From the NCBI GenBank assembly GCA_976226885.1, contig OZ320315.1:52762001-52826000 (forward strand): a stretch of DNA of 64,000 nt. The letters are read 5' to 3'. Position numbers and translations under genes: made by a program. The notes under the pieces were generated by a model. That model ran no database searches, was not told the DNA's origin, and saw nothing but the letters and a program-made list of their open reading frames with translations. The stretch comes from Iphione sp. A-MEVVRFRX5. Taxonomy: Eukaryota. Below, in pieces: positions 11,542 to 23,120 of the stretch (position 1 is its first letter; each line of letters opens with the position of its first letter).

Positions 11542-13282
11542 CTAAGCCTCCTTGCCATGGACGTTGTGCAGGGCTGTCAGTGCATCAGCACACACCTTCA
11601 CCAACTGACAGAGCTGGATGCTGCCCTCAACGCCTCCACATCTTGCCAGCTCAGCAGTCGCCCAGTTGAGTTTGGCACTGACGACGGCAAGTGGCTCTGT
11701 CATGTCATGCCGCCCGGTCAGCGTCGACAGGGATGACATGCTACCCCGCAGGTGGTCAGCCATGCCTGGCGGGGACTGCACACCAACGGCGGGTGAGCTG
11801 ACAGAGCCGTGCATGGAGGGGTTCGAGTAGGAGGGCACCATGCCTGGGCCCTGTCCCAGTGGCTGGCTGCAGTCACTTATGGACCGCTTTGGCGGTCGTG
11901 ACATCTGTGGTCGTCGGGAGCCGCCGCCCGTGGGTTCTGGGTTGCCGTTGAAGCCGTTGACGGTGATGGACCCGGGCGCAGCAGCAGGTGCCTGAGGTGG
12001 GAGTGGCGTTGGGTCTGGCTCGGGAGAACTGTCACGCAGTACTGCTGGGTGCCGCTGTTGTTCCTCAGCCACCTGACGGCGCGCAGCCTCTTGATTTAAT
12101 GCTAGGTTTAATACAAAACGGGGAAAACGTTTATTATCTTCATTAGAAAGCAATTCCACCTCAGGTTTTCTATGAAAGTTTATTCTGATAGCCCAGATGG
12201 ACCAAAATTCTAACATTTTTATCACTGCATAAATCTCCGTGGAAAACAAAGGAGTCCGTGAGCCCAAAATACACGTACATTTTCATGCTGAGGTCTCTTA
12301 ATGTATCAATCAATGTTTAAATATAAAGTGAAGCGAAATGCTACACACAGGCATGCACAGACTGTAATCTAGGTACATGTATATTACCTAATGTATTCAT
12401 ATTGTTCTCTCCTTGTCTTCAGTCTGCCTATATATGTGACGACCTCACAAAAATATTTTGTAATGTCATCCCAGACTAGGACAACTGCACCGCCATAGAT
12501 TCTTCAAAGAAGACTGATGATCATGGATTTAGATGTGGAGGTACATGCCTCACTAGCAGGAGCGAGTTAATGGAATGTCCCTCCCTGATGTAGTACACGT
12601 ATATGTACATCCAAAGACAGGAGAAGAAAAGCATGTACTTATATTAATACGAACCTGGATCATCCTTAATTGTGTCTGACGACAGTTCATTGCATGAGAC
12701 GCAGTAATTCTTCTTCTGCTTATCCTGCAGATATATGGTCTGCAATAAGGTAGACTTCTAGATTAAGAAAATACATTTAGAACAACAGGCTACCCTGCCA
12801 TCGACGCCAGACTGTAACTGGACAAGCACAGGGTGAACAAACATTTGACACACGAGTTTAAATGAAATGATAATTAGGAAATAATAGTTAAATACATCAA
12901 TCTTCACGAACTAAGATCAGAGGACTAGGGAACTTCATAGATTTTAACATCGAAAGCTGTTCAGTGCAGACTGAACAAAGATGGAGGACGGAGCCGAGGG
13001 ATAAACGGTAAAGGATTAAGATTTTAAGCACAACACATGGAATCTAAGTGGGAACAGTTACTGTGAGATACAAATATATGTATACAAATACAAATGCCAG
13101 CCGGAGAACAGATGAAATCTCAGTAAATGCACCTACCCCACATTCCTGACAGCTAGTGCCCAACATTTTATAGCCCTTTAAAAGGTAATCACCCATAAGT
13201 TTACTAATTCGATTAGATCTTTCCCTCTTCGCCTGGAGAATCTTCATTTCGGCCTCTGTTGGTGGCTGCCATTCATAGTCAT
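11542..13282 (-). CDS. ZNRD2: SSSCA1/ZNRD2 (Sjogren syndrome/scleroderma autoantigen 1; zinc ribbon domain protein 2), coding exons 2-4: 13282-13137, 12739-12655, 12101-11542
   Basis: Spliced reading DDYEWQPPTEAEMKILQAKRERSNRISKLMGDYLLKGYKMLGTSCQECG|TIYLQDKQKKNYCVSCNELSSDTIKDDP|ALNQEAARRQ...KLNWATAELARCGGVEGSIQLCQLVKVCADALTAL. This has the CxxC...CxxC zinc ribbon and C-terminal helix of the SSSCA1 family. Introns are GT-AG with consistent phases (0, 1). Confidence 0.93.
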
Positions 13283-13399
13283 CTAAAAGAAAAAATGGGA
13301 TCTTTGTAATCTTATGATCAGGTAAAATAGATGTTATCAAGTCGAAAGAGGCAATATACTGCTAGTACAAAGGGTGTTTCAATCTCATACAAACGCTTT

Positions 13400-13618
13400 C
13401 GGTTCTCTCTGTCTCTGTCTGTCTGTCCGTCCGTCCGTCCGTCCGTCCGTCTGAGTCTCNNNNNNNNNNNNNNNNNNNNNNNNNNNNNNNNNNNNNNNNN
13501 NNNNNNNNNNNNNNNNNNNNNNNNNNNNNNNNNNNNNNNNNNNNNNNNNNNNNNNNNNNNNNNNNNNNNNNNNNNNNNNNNNNNNNNNNNNNNNNNNNNN
13601 NNNNNNNNNNNNNNNNNN
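13400..13618. other. (TCTG)n/(TCCG)n microsatellite running into a 159-N assembly gap (13460-13618)
   Basis: Directly visible. Confidence 0.95.
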
Positions 13619-13989
13619 GTCACCAAATTACTGTGACCTCAGGGACTCGCTGAGTGTGCATATTGTATATTGCCAGTATTTTACAACCTTTGGTTCTGCA
13701 TGACTGACCAGAGGCTCAATGATACAAAGTGGACTACATCAGGCTGAAGAAGTAGTCCCACAATCTTTATTTTTTTCATTCATACTGTCTCTTATCTTAC
13801 AAATCATATGCAAATCTGCATCATTTTAAAAGCATTAAAATTATCAGATTAAAGGCAACCAATTATTTAGTTTTTGATGAAGTCTCTCACTCATGAGACC
13901 TGCACTCATGTCCTGACCCACATTCTGGCAACGTTTTATGTAGCCATTAGATCTTTCTACACAAAAAATGATTTGAACCTCTGTTTGCT

Positions 13990-16020
13990 TTGATATCTAG
14001 CAAGGTTCTTCTCCAGTAGCAAGAGATTGGTAAACTGAGAGTTAAGATCCAAGCAGTTAGCAAGATTGGTGCCCAACAACACCCAAAATTCAACATTTCC
14101 AAGCTCAAGACACCAACCCAGAAAGAAGAATTTGCCATCTCACTCTGAAACAGATTTCAGGCCCTGGCAGACCTGGAGGATGACTTACTCGAGAAAAAAT
14201 GGGAATGAGCTAGGAGCACCTTCACAGAGACCTCTGAAGAAAAACTTGGGTTCAGAAAGAAGGAGTTCAAGAGTTGGCTGTCAGAAGACACTATTTCTAC
14301 AATAGAAGAAAGGAGAGAAATCAAACAGAGACTAGGGCATGCGAGAACCAGGGTACAAAAGCAATGTAACCAACATGAATACACCTTGAAAAATACAGAA
14401 GTGAAGAGGAGCGCAAGAAGGGACAGAAGGAGATAAGTAGTAAGCTTGCTAAAAATGCAGAAGAAGCAGCAGACAGGAATGACATGAGGACTCTCTATAA
14501 CATCACCTGACAGCTGGCAGGAAGGAAAGCCAATATAAATGGACCGATATGAGGGAGTGATGGAACAATACTCAGCAGACCAGCTAGTCCACTGGAAAGA
14601 ATATTTTAGAGGCCTTCTCAATGGTACACCAGTAGTAAATACACCAGTCCTTGAAGAAGAAGACCTAAATGTCAACCTGGGCACCATCAGCAAAGAAGAT
14701 GTAATAAAGGCCATAAAGAAGATGAAAAATGGGAAAGCACCAGGACCAGACAGCTTTCACCCAGAAGTTTTGAAAGCAGACCCTAACACCACGGCAGACA
14801 TCCTCATCAACGTCCTACAAGAAGCATGGGAAAAGGAAGACACATCTGAGGAATGGAGAATAGGCTATATCGTGAAGCTTCCAAAGAAGGGCAATCTTGG
14901 CAAATATAAAAAGTGGAGAGAAATACAGCTTCTCTCAATGCTGAGCAAAATTTTCACCAGGGTGATTCTACAGAGGATCAGAGCTGCTGTTGATGCCACA
15001 CTGAGAGAGGAACAAGCAGGATTCTGGGCTGGGAGATCATGCACTGACCAGATTGCAACCTTGTGCATCATCATTGAGCAATTACTGGAGTAGCAGTCAC
15101 CACTATTTGTCAACTTTGTCAACTACAAAAAGGCATTTGACATGGTGGACCAGGCAACAATCTGGTAAATCCTCAGACACTATGGTATCCCCCAGAAAAT
15201 TACCAATGTTGTCCACAGCCTCTATAGAGACACCAGCTGTAGAGTTATCCACAACACCGACCTGTCACCACCCTTTGAAGTCAACACTGGAGTCAAACAA
15301 GAATGTCTACTGTGCCCCTAATCTTCTCACTCATGGTGGAATGGGTGATAAAGGCCAGCATAGACCAACCCAGGGGTATATAATGGACTTTAACAAAAAA
15401 AGCTGGAGGATCTCGACTTTGCCGATGATATCGCCCTGCTCTCGCACTCCCAAGGACATATGCGAGAAAACAAAGAGGTTGTGCAACATTGCAAGGAGGA
15501 CAGGACTAGAGATCAATGTGGGGAAAACAAAGAGCTTGCGGGTAAATGCCATGCAAGAAACACCCATTAACATCGGGGGACAGGCCATAGAAGATGTCAA
15601 CCACTTCATCTACCTGGACAGTATTATTAGCAAGATGGGAGGATCAGATGAAGATGTAAAGACCAGGATCAGCAAGGCACACCAAGCCTTTGTCACTCTC
15701 AAACCATTATGGAGAAACGAAAACCTTAGTCTGCATACCAAACTGCAGATATTCAACACCAACGTCAAGTCTGTTCTACTATATGGTTCGGAGACCTGGA
15801 GATGCACAAAGAGTCTAGACAACAAGCTGCAATTTTACATCAATACCTGTCTTAGCCAGATCTTGCACATCAGATGGCCAGAAAGAATCTCAAATGAAGA
15901 ACTCATGCACAGGACAAGATAAGACCCAATCACTAAGAGTATCCAGATGAGGAAGGTGGGTTGGGTCGGACACACCCTGCATAGAGGACAGGCTCACCTT
16001 CTATGCCATGCCCTAGATTA
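13990..16020 (+). mobile_element. RTE-clade non-LTR retrotransposon fragment (5'-truncated ORF2, RT and thumb), degenerate
   Basis: KFNISKLK...NRFQAL; GKAPGPDS...LPKKGNL...LREEQAGF..GRSCTDQI; F(V)NYKKAFD; FADDIALLS; GLEINVGKTK; KLQIFNTNVKSVLLYGSETW; ILHIRWPERISNEEL. Several stops and frameshifts. Confidence 0.9.
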
Positions 16021-16200
16021 AGGATTCAAGGATTCAAGGATTTTATTTCCATCTCAGGGCATGCCCAAGGTCTTCCAGCAAACATTGTTTGTGGAGGAAA
16101 TAACATTACAAGAAAATAACAGCACGTTTTTGTCAATGATACCTAGCATATTATACACAGGACATAAGCTTCACCATTAAAAATCTTAATCGTCAGTCTC
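16021..16200 (-). mobile_element. Short 3'-tail fragment of an L2/CR1-like LINE or derived SINE
   Basis: Minus strand reads AATAAAAT(CCTTGAAT)2CCT at 16047-16021, the same tail style as AATAAAAT(CTTGAAT)3 at 58610-58640. The 5' extent is a guess. Confidence 0.5.
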
Positions 16201-16622
16201 TCCTGATGATACGGTCTAAGAGATCTGGTATTCGCTTGCAATTAATATGCTTTTTATTAGTAGATTATATGAACTTACCAGTGAAATATGATCTTGACTT
16301 TAGGACATTGCTTCACACAGGTGTACATCTGAGATGGTATCACGTGGTGTCGAGCCCAAGCATAGCCAGTCATTCAAAGGAGTCTTCAGCAATAAGGTTC
16401 GAAAGGAAGAAACAGAGCGAATGGAACAACAAAACCAGTACATCATACCCACCAGGGAGGGAGAGGTGGGCAGATGTACACCTGTGTGAAGCAATGTCCT
16501 AAAGTCAAGATCATATTTCACTGGTAAGTTCATATAATCTACTAACTTTAGTTCCATTGCTTCACACCAGGTGTCCCTCTGAGACTTCAAAGCCATGAAG
16601 CTCTGAAGAAGACAAGAGAACC

Positions 16623-17544
16623 TTATTGCTGAATATCTTTAAGATAAAACAACTTGAAGGTGTTAGCATGACTCCACATGCCCCTTCTCATGATTTCAGA
16701 CAACGGCATGCCCATCTTAGACAACTTAGAAGCAGAAGCAGACCGAGTCGAATGGACAGAAAATTTGCTAGTATCAACACCAGACAAGGCCATCACTTCC
16801 TTAGTCCATCTAGCCAAAGTGGCCGTAGAAACAGGCTTGTGAGGAGCCACAAATGAAAGAAACAAAGCATCATGATTCCCTCTGAAAGACTCTGTGGCTG
16901 CAATATATGCCCTCAAATATTGAACAACACACAAAGCAGGATCAGAGAAAGGCTGCAACTTCAACTTAGAAGCCGACCTTCCCTTCCTAGACTGCTTCAA
17001 GGTCTTGGTGAAGGAAATCTGGAGATGACCATCCCCAAGATCATGAATATTAGAGAGCTGAATATTGCATATAGTTTGCATCCTACCGGAAGTTGCTAAA
17101 AGAAGCAACATGTTACACTTCAAAGTCAACCTGCGCAAAGGCAAAGATGCATGCGGATGCCATGTCTTAAGAAAACCCAACACAGACTCAACATCCCACG
17201 TGTGGTCCACCCTAGCTACTGGAGGCTTGAGGTTAAAAAAACCCCGTGAGTAATCTGACCACATCAGGATGCTTTCCAAAATGATAACCCTCGAATTGAG
17301 GGAGAACTACTGACAACGCGCTCCTGGCAGTGTTCAGCGCACTGTACCTAATGCCCGCCTTATAGAACTGCATCAGGAACGCCATGCCCTGCTTCAAGGT
17401 CGGGTTAAGAGGATCCCAATCCTTCCTAGAACACAAGGCATCCCATCTCTTCAAGTAAGACTCATACAGGGCCCTAGTCTTGGGCCTCCACGAGCAATAC
17501 ATAACAGCCTTCATAGAAGTAGGCAAATCCTTCTCATCCAACAT
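16623..17544 (-). pseudogene. DIRS tyrosine recombinase (306 aa after removing one extra base in the A7 run at 17235-17241)
   Basis: ATG 17544 lies 5 nt after the pol stop. SAM-like N-terminus SWRPKTRALYESYLKRW...YSALNTARSALS...FGKHPDVVRLLTGFF joins NLKPPVARVDHTWDV. Catalytic residues: ATSGR (R), TKTLK (K), HSTR (HxxR), GMWS (W), FKLFY (Y). Confidence 0.93.
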
Positions 17545-17549
17545 CACTT

Positions 17550-19656
17550 TCAACAGAGAACTGCCATAAGCTTTATAGCCCCCAGATGAGACGGAGCCCC
17601 CCTGTGATCCAGAGTGTTGAACTTGCTCTTCCTGAAGACCAGATGAGGCCCCCTGGACAACTGAAGCACTCTGCTGTACCAGGCTCTGTGCGGCCACGAA
17701 GGCACCACTAGAATTGCTCGTGCCTTCTCCACCATCAGTTTGGAGACACACCTAGGGATGAGAGAAAACGGAGGACACAGATAAGGCAAGGCAAAAGAAC
17801 TCCAGTTCACCGAAAAAGCATCCACAAAAGATGCTGAAGGATCTGGGTACCAACTGGCATAGACAGGGACCTTATGGTTAAGCCTGGAAGCAAACAAATC
17901 GACATCAGGCAAACCCCATCTGCTGACCACTGTCTGGAAAATTGCAGGACTCACGGCCCACTCCAAATTATCCTGAAAATGCCTAGAAGCATAATCAGCT
18001 ACAACATTCTGCACTCCAGGTATGTGAAACGCTGTGACAAAAGCAGACCTATGTTCCAAAAACAACCAGATCTTATGGGCCACCTGTCTAGCCACCAGGG
18101 ACTTAGATCCCCCCATCCTATTCAAATAAGAAATGGTAGTAGTATTGTCTGTGAACACTTTAACATGAAAATGCGTCCTATCCCTAAAAAAACTCTTAAG
18201 AGCTAACAACACTGCCTTAATTTCTAGGCCATTGATGTGCATACCTAACTCCTGTGGGAGCCATCTACCTCCAATCCTGACCTCATCCATATGAGCTCCC
18301 CACCCAAATTCCGAAGCATCCGTATAAAGAGTGTGGGTAAACTCTGGAGGCAGAAAACATCTAGAAACCAAAGGAAGATTCTCCTGCCACCACAGAAGAT
18401 CTGATCTAGCAGCTTCACTCAATACCATAGTCTCCTGATAGTTCTGAGGGCAGTTAAGCGGACCAGCCTGAAAAAGAGACCATTGTTTATTGGCCTCGAG
18501 CCTTCTAAAATGGTTCTTCCCATAAGAAGAAGCCCTAGAAAGATCCACAACTTTACCCAGAACAGAAGCTACATCCCAAATGGTATGCACCTCATCAGCC
18601 AAAACAGAACGAATGTGAGCCAACACCTTATCAATCCTTGACTTGAGTAGGGTACACAGTCATGGTAACTGAATTTACCATGTACCCCAGAAAAACCACC
18701 TGCTGGGCAGGAACTAAAGAGGACTTTTCATAATTGATGAAAAACCCCACCGACTTCAGCAGGGAAATAGCCTTACTAACAAAAAGAGAACACTCCTCTT
18801 TAGTCCTCCCAATAACCAAAACATCGTCAATATAGGAAGCAATAACTACTCCCTCCTCTCTGAGGTGAGCCAAAGGGGGACCCATGATCTTAGTAAAAAT
18901 TCTGGGTGCTGAAGACAACCCAAAAGGCAGAACATCATACTGGTAAACCTGATCCTGCCACTGAAAACACAAATACTTCCTATGTTGGTCCCAAATAGGC
19001 ATTGTATGATAAGCGTTCTTTAAATCAATAGATGCCATAAAACATCCAGGAGACACCAAAGGCAAAACTGACTCCAGTGTCTCCATCTTGAAATGCTTAT
19101 ACTCAATGACCTTATTCAGTTTGGATAGATCCAGGATCATCCTGAAAGAGCCATTAGGTTTCGGCCTAAGGAAAATATTTGAGAAAAAAGCCCCCTCTGG
19201 GACCGAACTCAGAATAGAAATTGACTTAACAGCAAGGAGATTAGACAACTCTTGGTTCACAAAAGTGACCTCCTCCTGAGAAAAGTTAATAGGCCTAGGC
19301 CTGAACACCTGAAAAGGCTCTTCCAACAAATCCAGGCAATAACCCGACACTGCCTGCAAAACTTCCTCATCAGAGGTGAGAGCAGCCTATTGCTTCCTAA
19401 ATTTACCTAGATGGCTCGCAACAAAGCCTACTTCCTCACCTGGCCCTGCTGCTGCTGCTTCTGGTTGGGCTGCTGGACCTGAGGCTGAGGCTGATAGGTG
19501 ACCGGCAAGAACTGCTGCTGAACGGGGTACTGGTACTGGCCCTGATAGCTCTGCCTCTGAAAGTTGAACCGTTTCCCCCTGTTCCTGCCTCTGCCCCTGC
19601 CCCTGCCTCTGCCAAAAAACTTGCGGGAATGAGGCTGAGACTGAGGCTGCTTTTTC
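17550..19656 (-). pseudogene. DIRS pol: reverse transcriptase, RNase H and DNA N6-adenine-methyltransferase-like domain
   Basis: RT: RPKPNGSFRMILDLSKLN, SIDLKNAY, LPFGLSSAPRIFTK, YIDD. RNase H: LYTDASEFGWGA, HINGLE, TDNTT, HIPGVQNVVADYASR. MT: PDVDLFASRLN, DAFSVNW, LCPPFSLI, VVPSWPHRAWY. Lesions: TAG at 19389-19387 (in Q*AALTSD, expected W) and one extra base at 18636/18637 (AAG G ATT GAT AAG). Confidence 0.93.
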
Positions 19657-20939
19657 TTAGCCTCCATCCTGGACAGCAATCTAGTGTTTTGTTCCACCAC
19701 CTTCGCATTGTCCATCAAAGTATCGCCAAACAGCCACTTTGCCGAAGGCGGGCAGTCATCCGAAACCAATTTCCTGAAGTCTGATGATAACGCAGGCCTG
19801 ACTTCCTCTCTCCTGACTTTAATAAGGGACTGAACAGCCACCCCTGACAACATGACCGCGTCCGACAACACCATCGACAAGCTGTTTAACCACGGAGCCT
19901 CATTGGCCTCCGCCCTGGGGTTAACCATCTCGACCGCCCTAAGGCACGCCACCATAGAGGCTAAGAGATCAAGTTGCACCTTCTGGAGAGATTTCTCCCT
20001 CTCCTTCCCCTCTTTAGACAGGGCATTCCACAAGACCTCGTTTAGCCTACATAGCCCCAACCATTCATTGTTAGTGGGTCTCAAGTTTCTCTTCCTGACT
20101 GTCGAGACGAGCTCAGACTGCATCGGCTTGATAGCCAAAGTAGCAAACTCTGAAATTAACTCGTCCAACGGCGGACCCAACTTCTCCTCCGCACTCATCT
20201 GCGCCATCCTACCACGCAATGACTCCGGATTAGGAGGGTCCGTTTGTGCTGCCGGCTCTGGCTGAGGAACACCTTCCCCTACAGAAGCCTCATCCTCCTC
20301 CTCATACTCCTCCTCTTGGGCATCCATAAGCATATTGAAACCCCCTGCCAGATTCTCGCCTAGGGTGAAGAACCCCTCTTTGACCGCATCCAGACTTTTG
20401 CTAATGTCACCAAAAGCAGCCGTCAATTTTAAGCCCATGGCAGTCTGGCTTGCCGCAAAGGCACCAGACATGTCCCTAATGGCAGCTAACAAATCCGCAG
20501 AAGCATCTCCCTCTGCACTCGTAGACGGGGCCTTGCCCACTGCCGCAGAAGGGACAGAACGACGTACAGAAGGCGGATCTCTGAGAGACACTGGCACACA
20601 CACTCCATCAGCCCCCACCCGTGGGGTTGACGGTGGAGGAGGCAAAGGAGGAGGAGACAGTTGGTAATCGGCCAACAGCGTCTCCCCCACAGAAGGCACC
20701 ACAGGAGCGCTCCCCACAGAGGAGGGCACCACAGCGCCGCTCCTCGGGGTTGAAACAACTGAACCACCTGAATCAAGTGGAACCGACTCCCCAGCACGGC
20801 GACGCTTAGCAGCCTCAGCTGGAACAGAGTCATCCACAACCTGTCGACGTTTGCGCCCTCTAGAGGCACGCTTTTTCTCAGACTCATCAATCTCTCTCAC
20901 CAAGCCTGATAAAGAAAACTGTGGTTCCTGGGCTGCCAT
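19428..20939 (-). CDS. DIRS ORF1 gag-like protein (503 aa from ATG 20939)
   Basis: Uninterrupted ORF in the gag position. It has LCRLNEVLW, RPALSSDFRKL, WLFGDTL, then RGRGRGRGR and a Q-rich tail as seen in DIRS gag proteins. Confidence 0.85.
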   Translation of the reverse strand: MAAQEPQFSLSGLVREIDESEKKRASRGRKRRQVVDDSVPAEAAKRRRAGESVPLDSGGSVVSTPRSGAVVPSSVGSAPVVPSVGETLLADYQLSPPPLPPPPSTPRVGADGVCVPVSLRDPPSVRRSVPSAAVGKAPSTSAEGDASADLLAAIRDMSGAFAASQTAMGLKLTAAFGDISKSLDAVKEGFFTLGENLAGGFNMLMDAQEEEYEEEDEASVGEGVPQPEPAAQTDPPNPESLRGRMAQMSAEEKLGPPLDELISEFATLAIKPMQSELVSTVRKRNLRPTNNEWLGLCRLNEVLWNALSKEGKEREKSLQKVQLDLLASMVACLRAVEMVNPRAEANEAPWLNSLSMVLSDAVMLSGVAVQSLIKVRREEVRPALSSDFRKLVSDDCPPSAKWLFGDTLMDNAKVVEQNTRLLSRMEAKKKQPQSQPHSRKFFGRGRGRGRGRNRGKRFNFQRQSYQGQYQYPVQQQFLPVTYQPQPQVQQPNQKQQQQGQVRK

Positions 20940-20964
20940 AATGACAACTTGAGCCGGCCAGACG

Positions 20965-21405
20965 ACAAAATCGTCCCAAAACCGACTAAAACCGACCAAA
21001 AAAGGTCGGAAAAACGTCAAAATTGGTCCGAAATTGCTCGCCGACAGTCAAATTCGACCCAAAACCGACGAAAACCGACCAAAAAAGGCCGGAAAAACAT
21101 CAAAATTGGTCCGAAATTGTCCGCCGACAGCCAACAAGACGGCAAATTCGACCCAAAAAGGTCGAAAACCGACCAAAAGAAGCCGGTAAGCCGTCAGAAT
21201 TGGTCCGAAATTGTCCGCCGACAGTCGACGGGACGTCAAAATCGACCCAAAAAAGGTCAAAACCGACCAAACAGACGTCAACTCTGGCCGAATTCGGCAA
21301 TATTAATGCGTCGACATAAATGCGAAGCAAAAAGTCAAAGTCAAGCAGCTACTCGACCAAGACGTCGACATAAATGCGAAATAATACGTCGACATAAATG
21401 CGAAG
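20965..21405. repeat. Degenerate tandem repeats in the DIRS 5' leader
   Basis: ~80-95-bp units with core TTGGTCCGAAATTG (3 copies, ~21023, 21105, 21200) and CGACATAAATGCGAA (3 copies, ~21312, 21366, 21389). Confidence 0.85.
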
Positions 21406-23036
21406 TGGCTTCGAGGCAGCCACACGGGCCAACCAACCACTAACGGTAGCGGATCGACCACAATGGCGGCGAACTCAGCGCACGCCCGGACGATTCAAAC
21501 AGAAAACGCCACCTCTATGCTTTTACAGCGTTCTCTGTCGCTCCCCACGAGAACGACAACGCAATATAAGCATATTCTAACGAATACAATCGAAAACATA
21601 AGACAAACCTTTCCAAAAAGTTCGAAAAACCTCCTAAGAACGACCAAGCGTCAGCCTTGCTCGACAACTTTGATACGACTGGCTATGCTTGGGCTCGACA
21701 CCACGTGATACCATCTCAGAGGGACACCTGGTGTGAAGCAATGGAACTAAAGTCATCTAATGCATCACCAGTCACTTCTGGTGACACTTCCACATATTCA
21801 CTCTACTACGAACTTACCAGTTGTATAATATCGTTGATATTTATTACTGCTTGGATTTGCCTTGTTTTTTTTTGCAATATAATTATCCCTCTCATTATCC
21901 CTCTTGGTTCTTTAGCAATATAATTTTCCCTCTCATTATCCCTCTCATATGTCACCAGTCACTTCTGATGACTGAATCCGCCTATTTCTCTTTGATTGAA
22001 TTGTTGACTTTGTAATAGTTATCATTTGCCCCGGCCAGTGTTCCGCTATTACAGTAGCTTAATGTTAGCCACTCAGTCGGATGTTATTCTCAGTGTTTTC
22101 AATTTAACAGACTATTGATGGCATCAGTCACTTCTTGTTATAGCTATCTGTTACCAGTCACTTCTGATAGCCCCCCCCCCCCCTTGGTATGGTTTACTTG
22201 GTTAGATCCAACAAAGACAAGTTATCAGTCTCTTCTGATAACAAAAATTGTTGTATAACAAGCGAGGTACTTTTTACTTGTTTATGGTAAATGTAATTGG
22301 TTACATCCTATAATTACAGGCTATCAGTCTCTTCTGATAACAAATATCATTGTATAGCAAGCAAAGTACTTTTTAATAGTCTACATCTTGGTAACTTTGG
22401 TGTAGTTTATTTGGTTGTGTCATTGTTAATTTTTGCATCAGCATGCTTACTTCTTCCTTTCATCCCTAGGTTCCTAGGCATTGTATATACTGAAGCTGGG
22501 CACTTCTTGATTACACTCGAGGTGTCGACCTCTTACAAAATTTCTGTTTCAAGTTTTTAGTAAATACTGACATATTGCAACATTTTTTTATGGCACTGGC
22601 AGGGTATTCCAAGCCTTAAATCCACGATATTGAAATGAGTTTTGGTACCATTTTGTTCTAGGTTTACCTTGCTGCAGCCGCAGTACACTCTGCAGTACAC
22701 TCCGTGTCCTTTGACACGATTAGAACCCACAGTGAAAATGAAAGAGAGGACAATCGGTCAACAACTGGAGAACTCTACAGGCAGAACTCAAAAGCATCAA
22801 CCTGACCTGGAGCAAAGCCAAGAGAGCTGCTCAAGATAGAGCAAGATAGAGATTTGCAGTGCATGCCCTGTGTTCCAATCAGAATGAAGAGAACTTAGTA
22901 AGTAAAATGCAAAAATGGTGTGGCGAATGCTGCATATGGAGGTCACACTCTCTCAAATAGTGAGAGCACAAGTGGGAGTGTGAATGAGAGTAAGAATGTG
23001 AGTGAGAGCATGAGTGAGAGTATCAAAGAGAGTGTC

Positions 23037-23120
23037 AGGAGGAGGAGGAGGAGGAGGAGGAGGAGGAGGAGGAGGAGGAGGAGGAGGAGGAGGAGGAGGA
23101 GGAGGAGGAGGAGGAGGAGG
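23037..23120. repeat. (GGA)n microsatellite
   Basis: About 28 perfect trinucleotide units. Confidence 0.97.

Larger units (their letters stand above)
16257..21753 (-). mobile_element. DIRS1-like tyrosine-recombinase retrotransposon, full length (5497 bp), near intact
   Basis: Left end 21753-21677 (37-bp A plus 40-bp B). B is perfectly inverted at 16332-16371. The right extension C is 16331-16257. The ICR at 16471-16581 is a perfect copy of the C+A circle junction (75-bp perfect inverted repeat with 16257-16331). Internal gag, pol (RT-RH-MT) and YR ORFs. Confidence 0.97.

Noticed and set aside
12102-12267. N-terminal part of the 241-aa ORF 11542-12267 as protein
   Set aside because: It lies upstream of the AG acceptor at 12103-12102 and is intron read-through. 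Only 12101-11542 is exon.
12982-13012. Plus-strand ATGGAGGACGGAGCCGAG...GTAAAG resembling a first exon
   Set aside because: Wrong strand for SSSCA1, and no downstream plus-strand exons were found.
13318-13636. ORFs containing runs of X
   Set aside because: Artefacts of the N gap and the adjacent microsatellite.
19852-21443. Plus-strand ORFs opposite DIRS gag and its leader
   Set aside because: Antisense shadows of the gag ORF and the leader tandem repeats.
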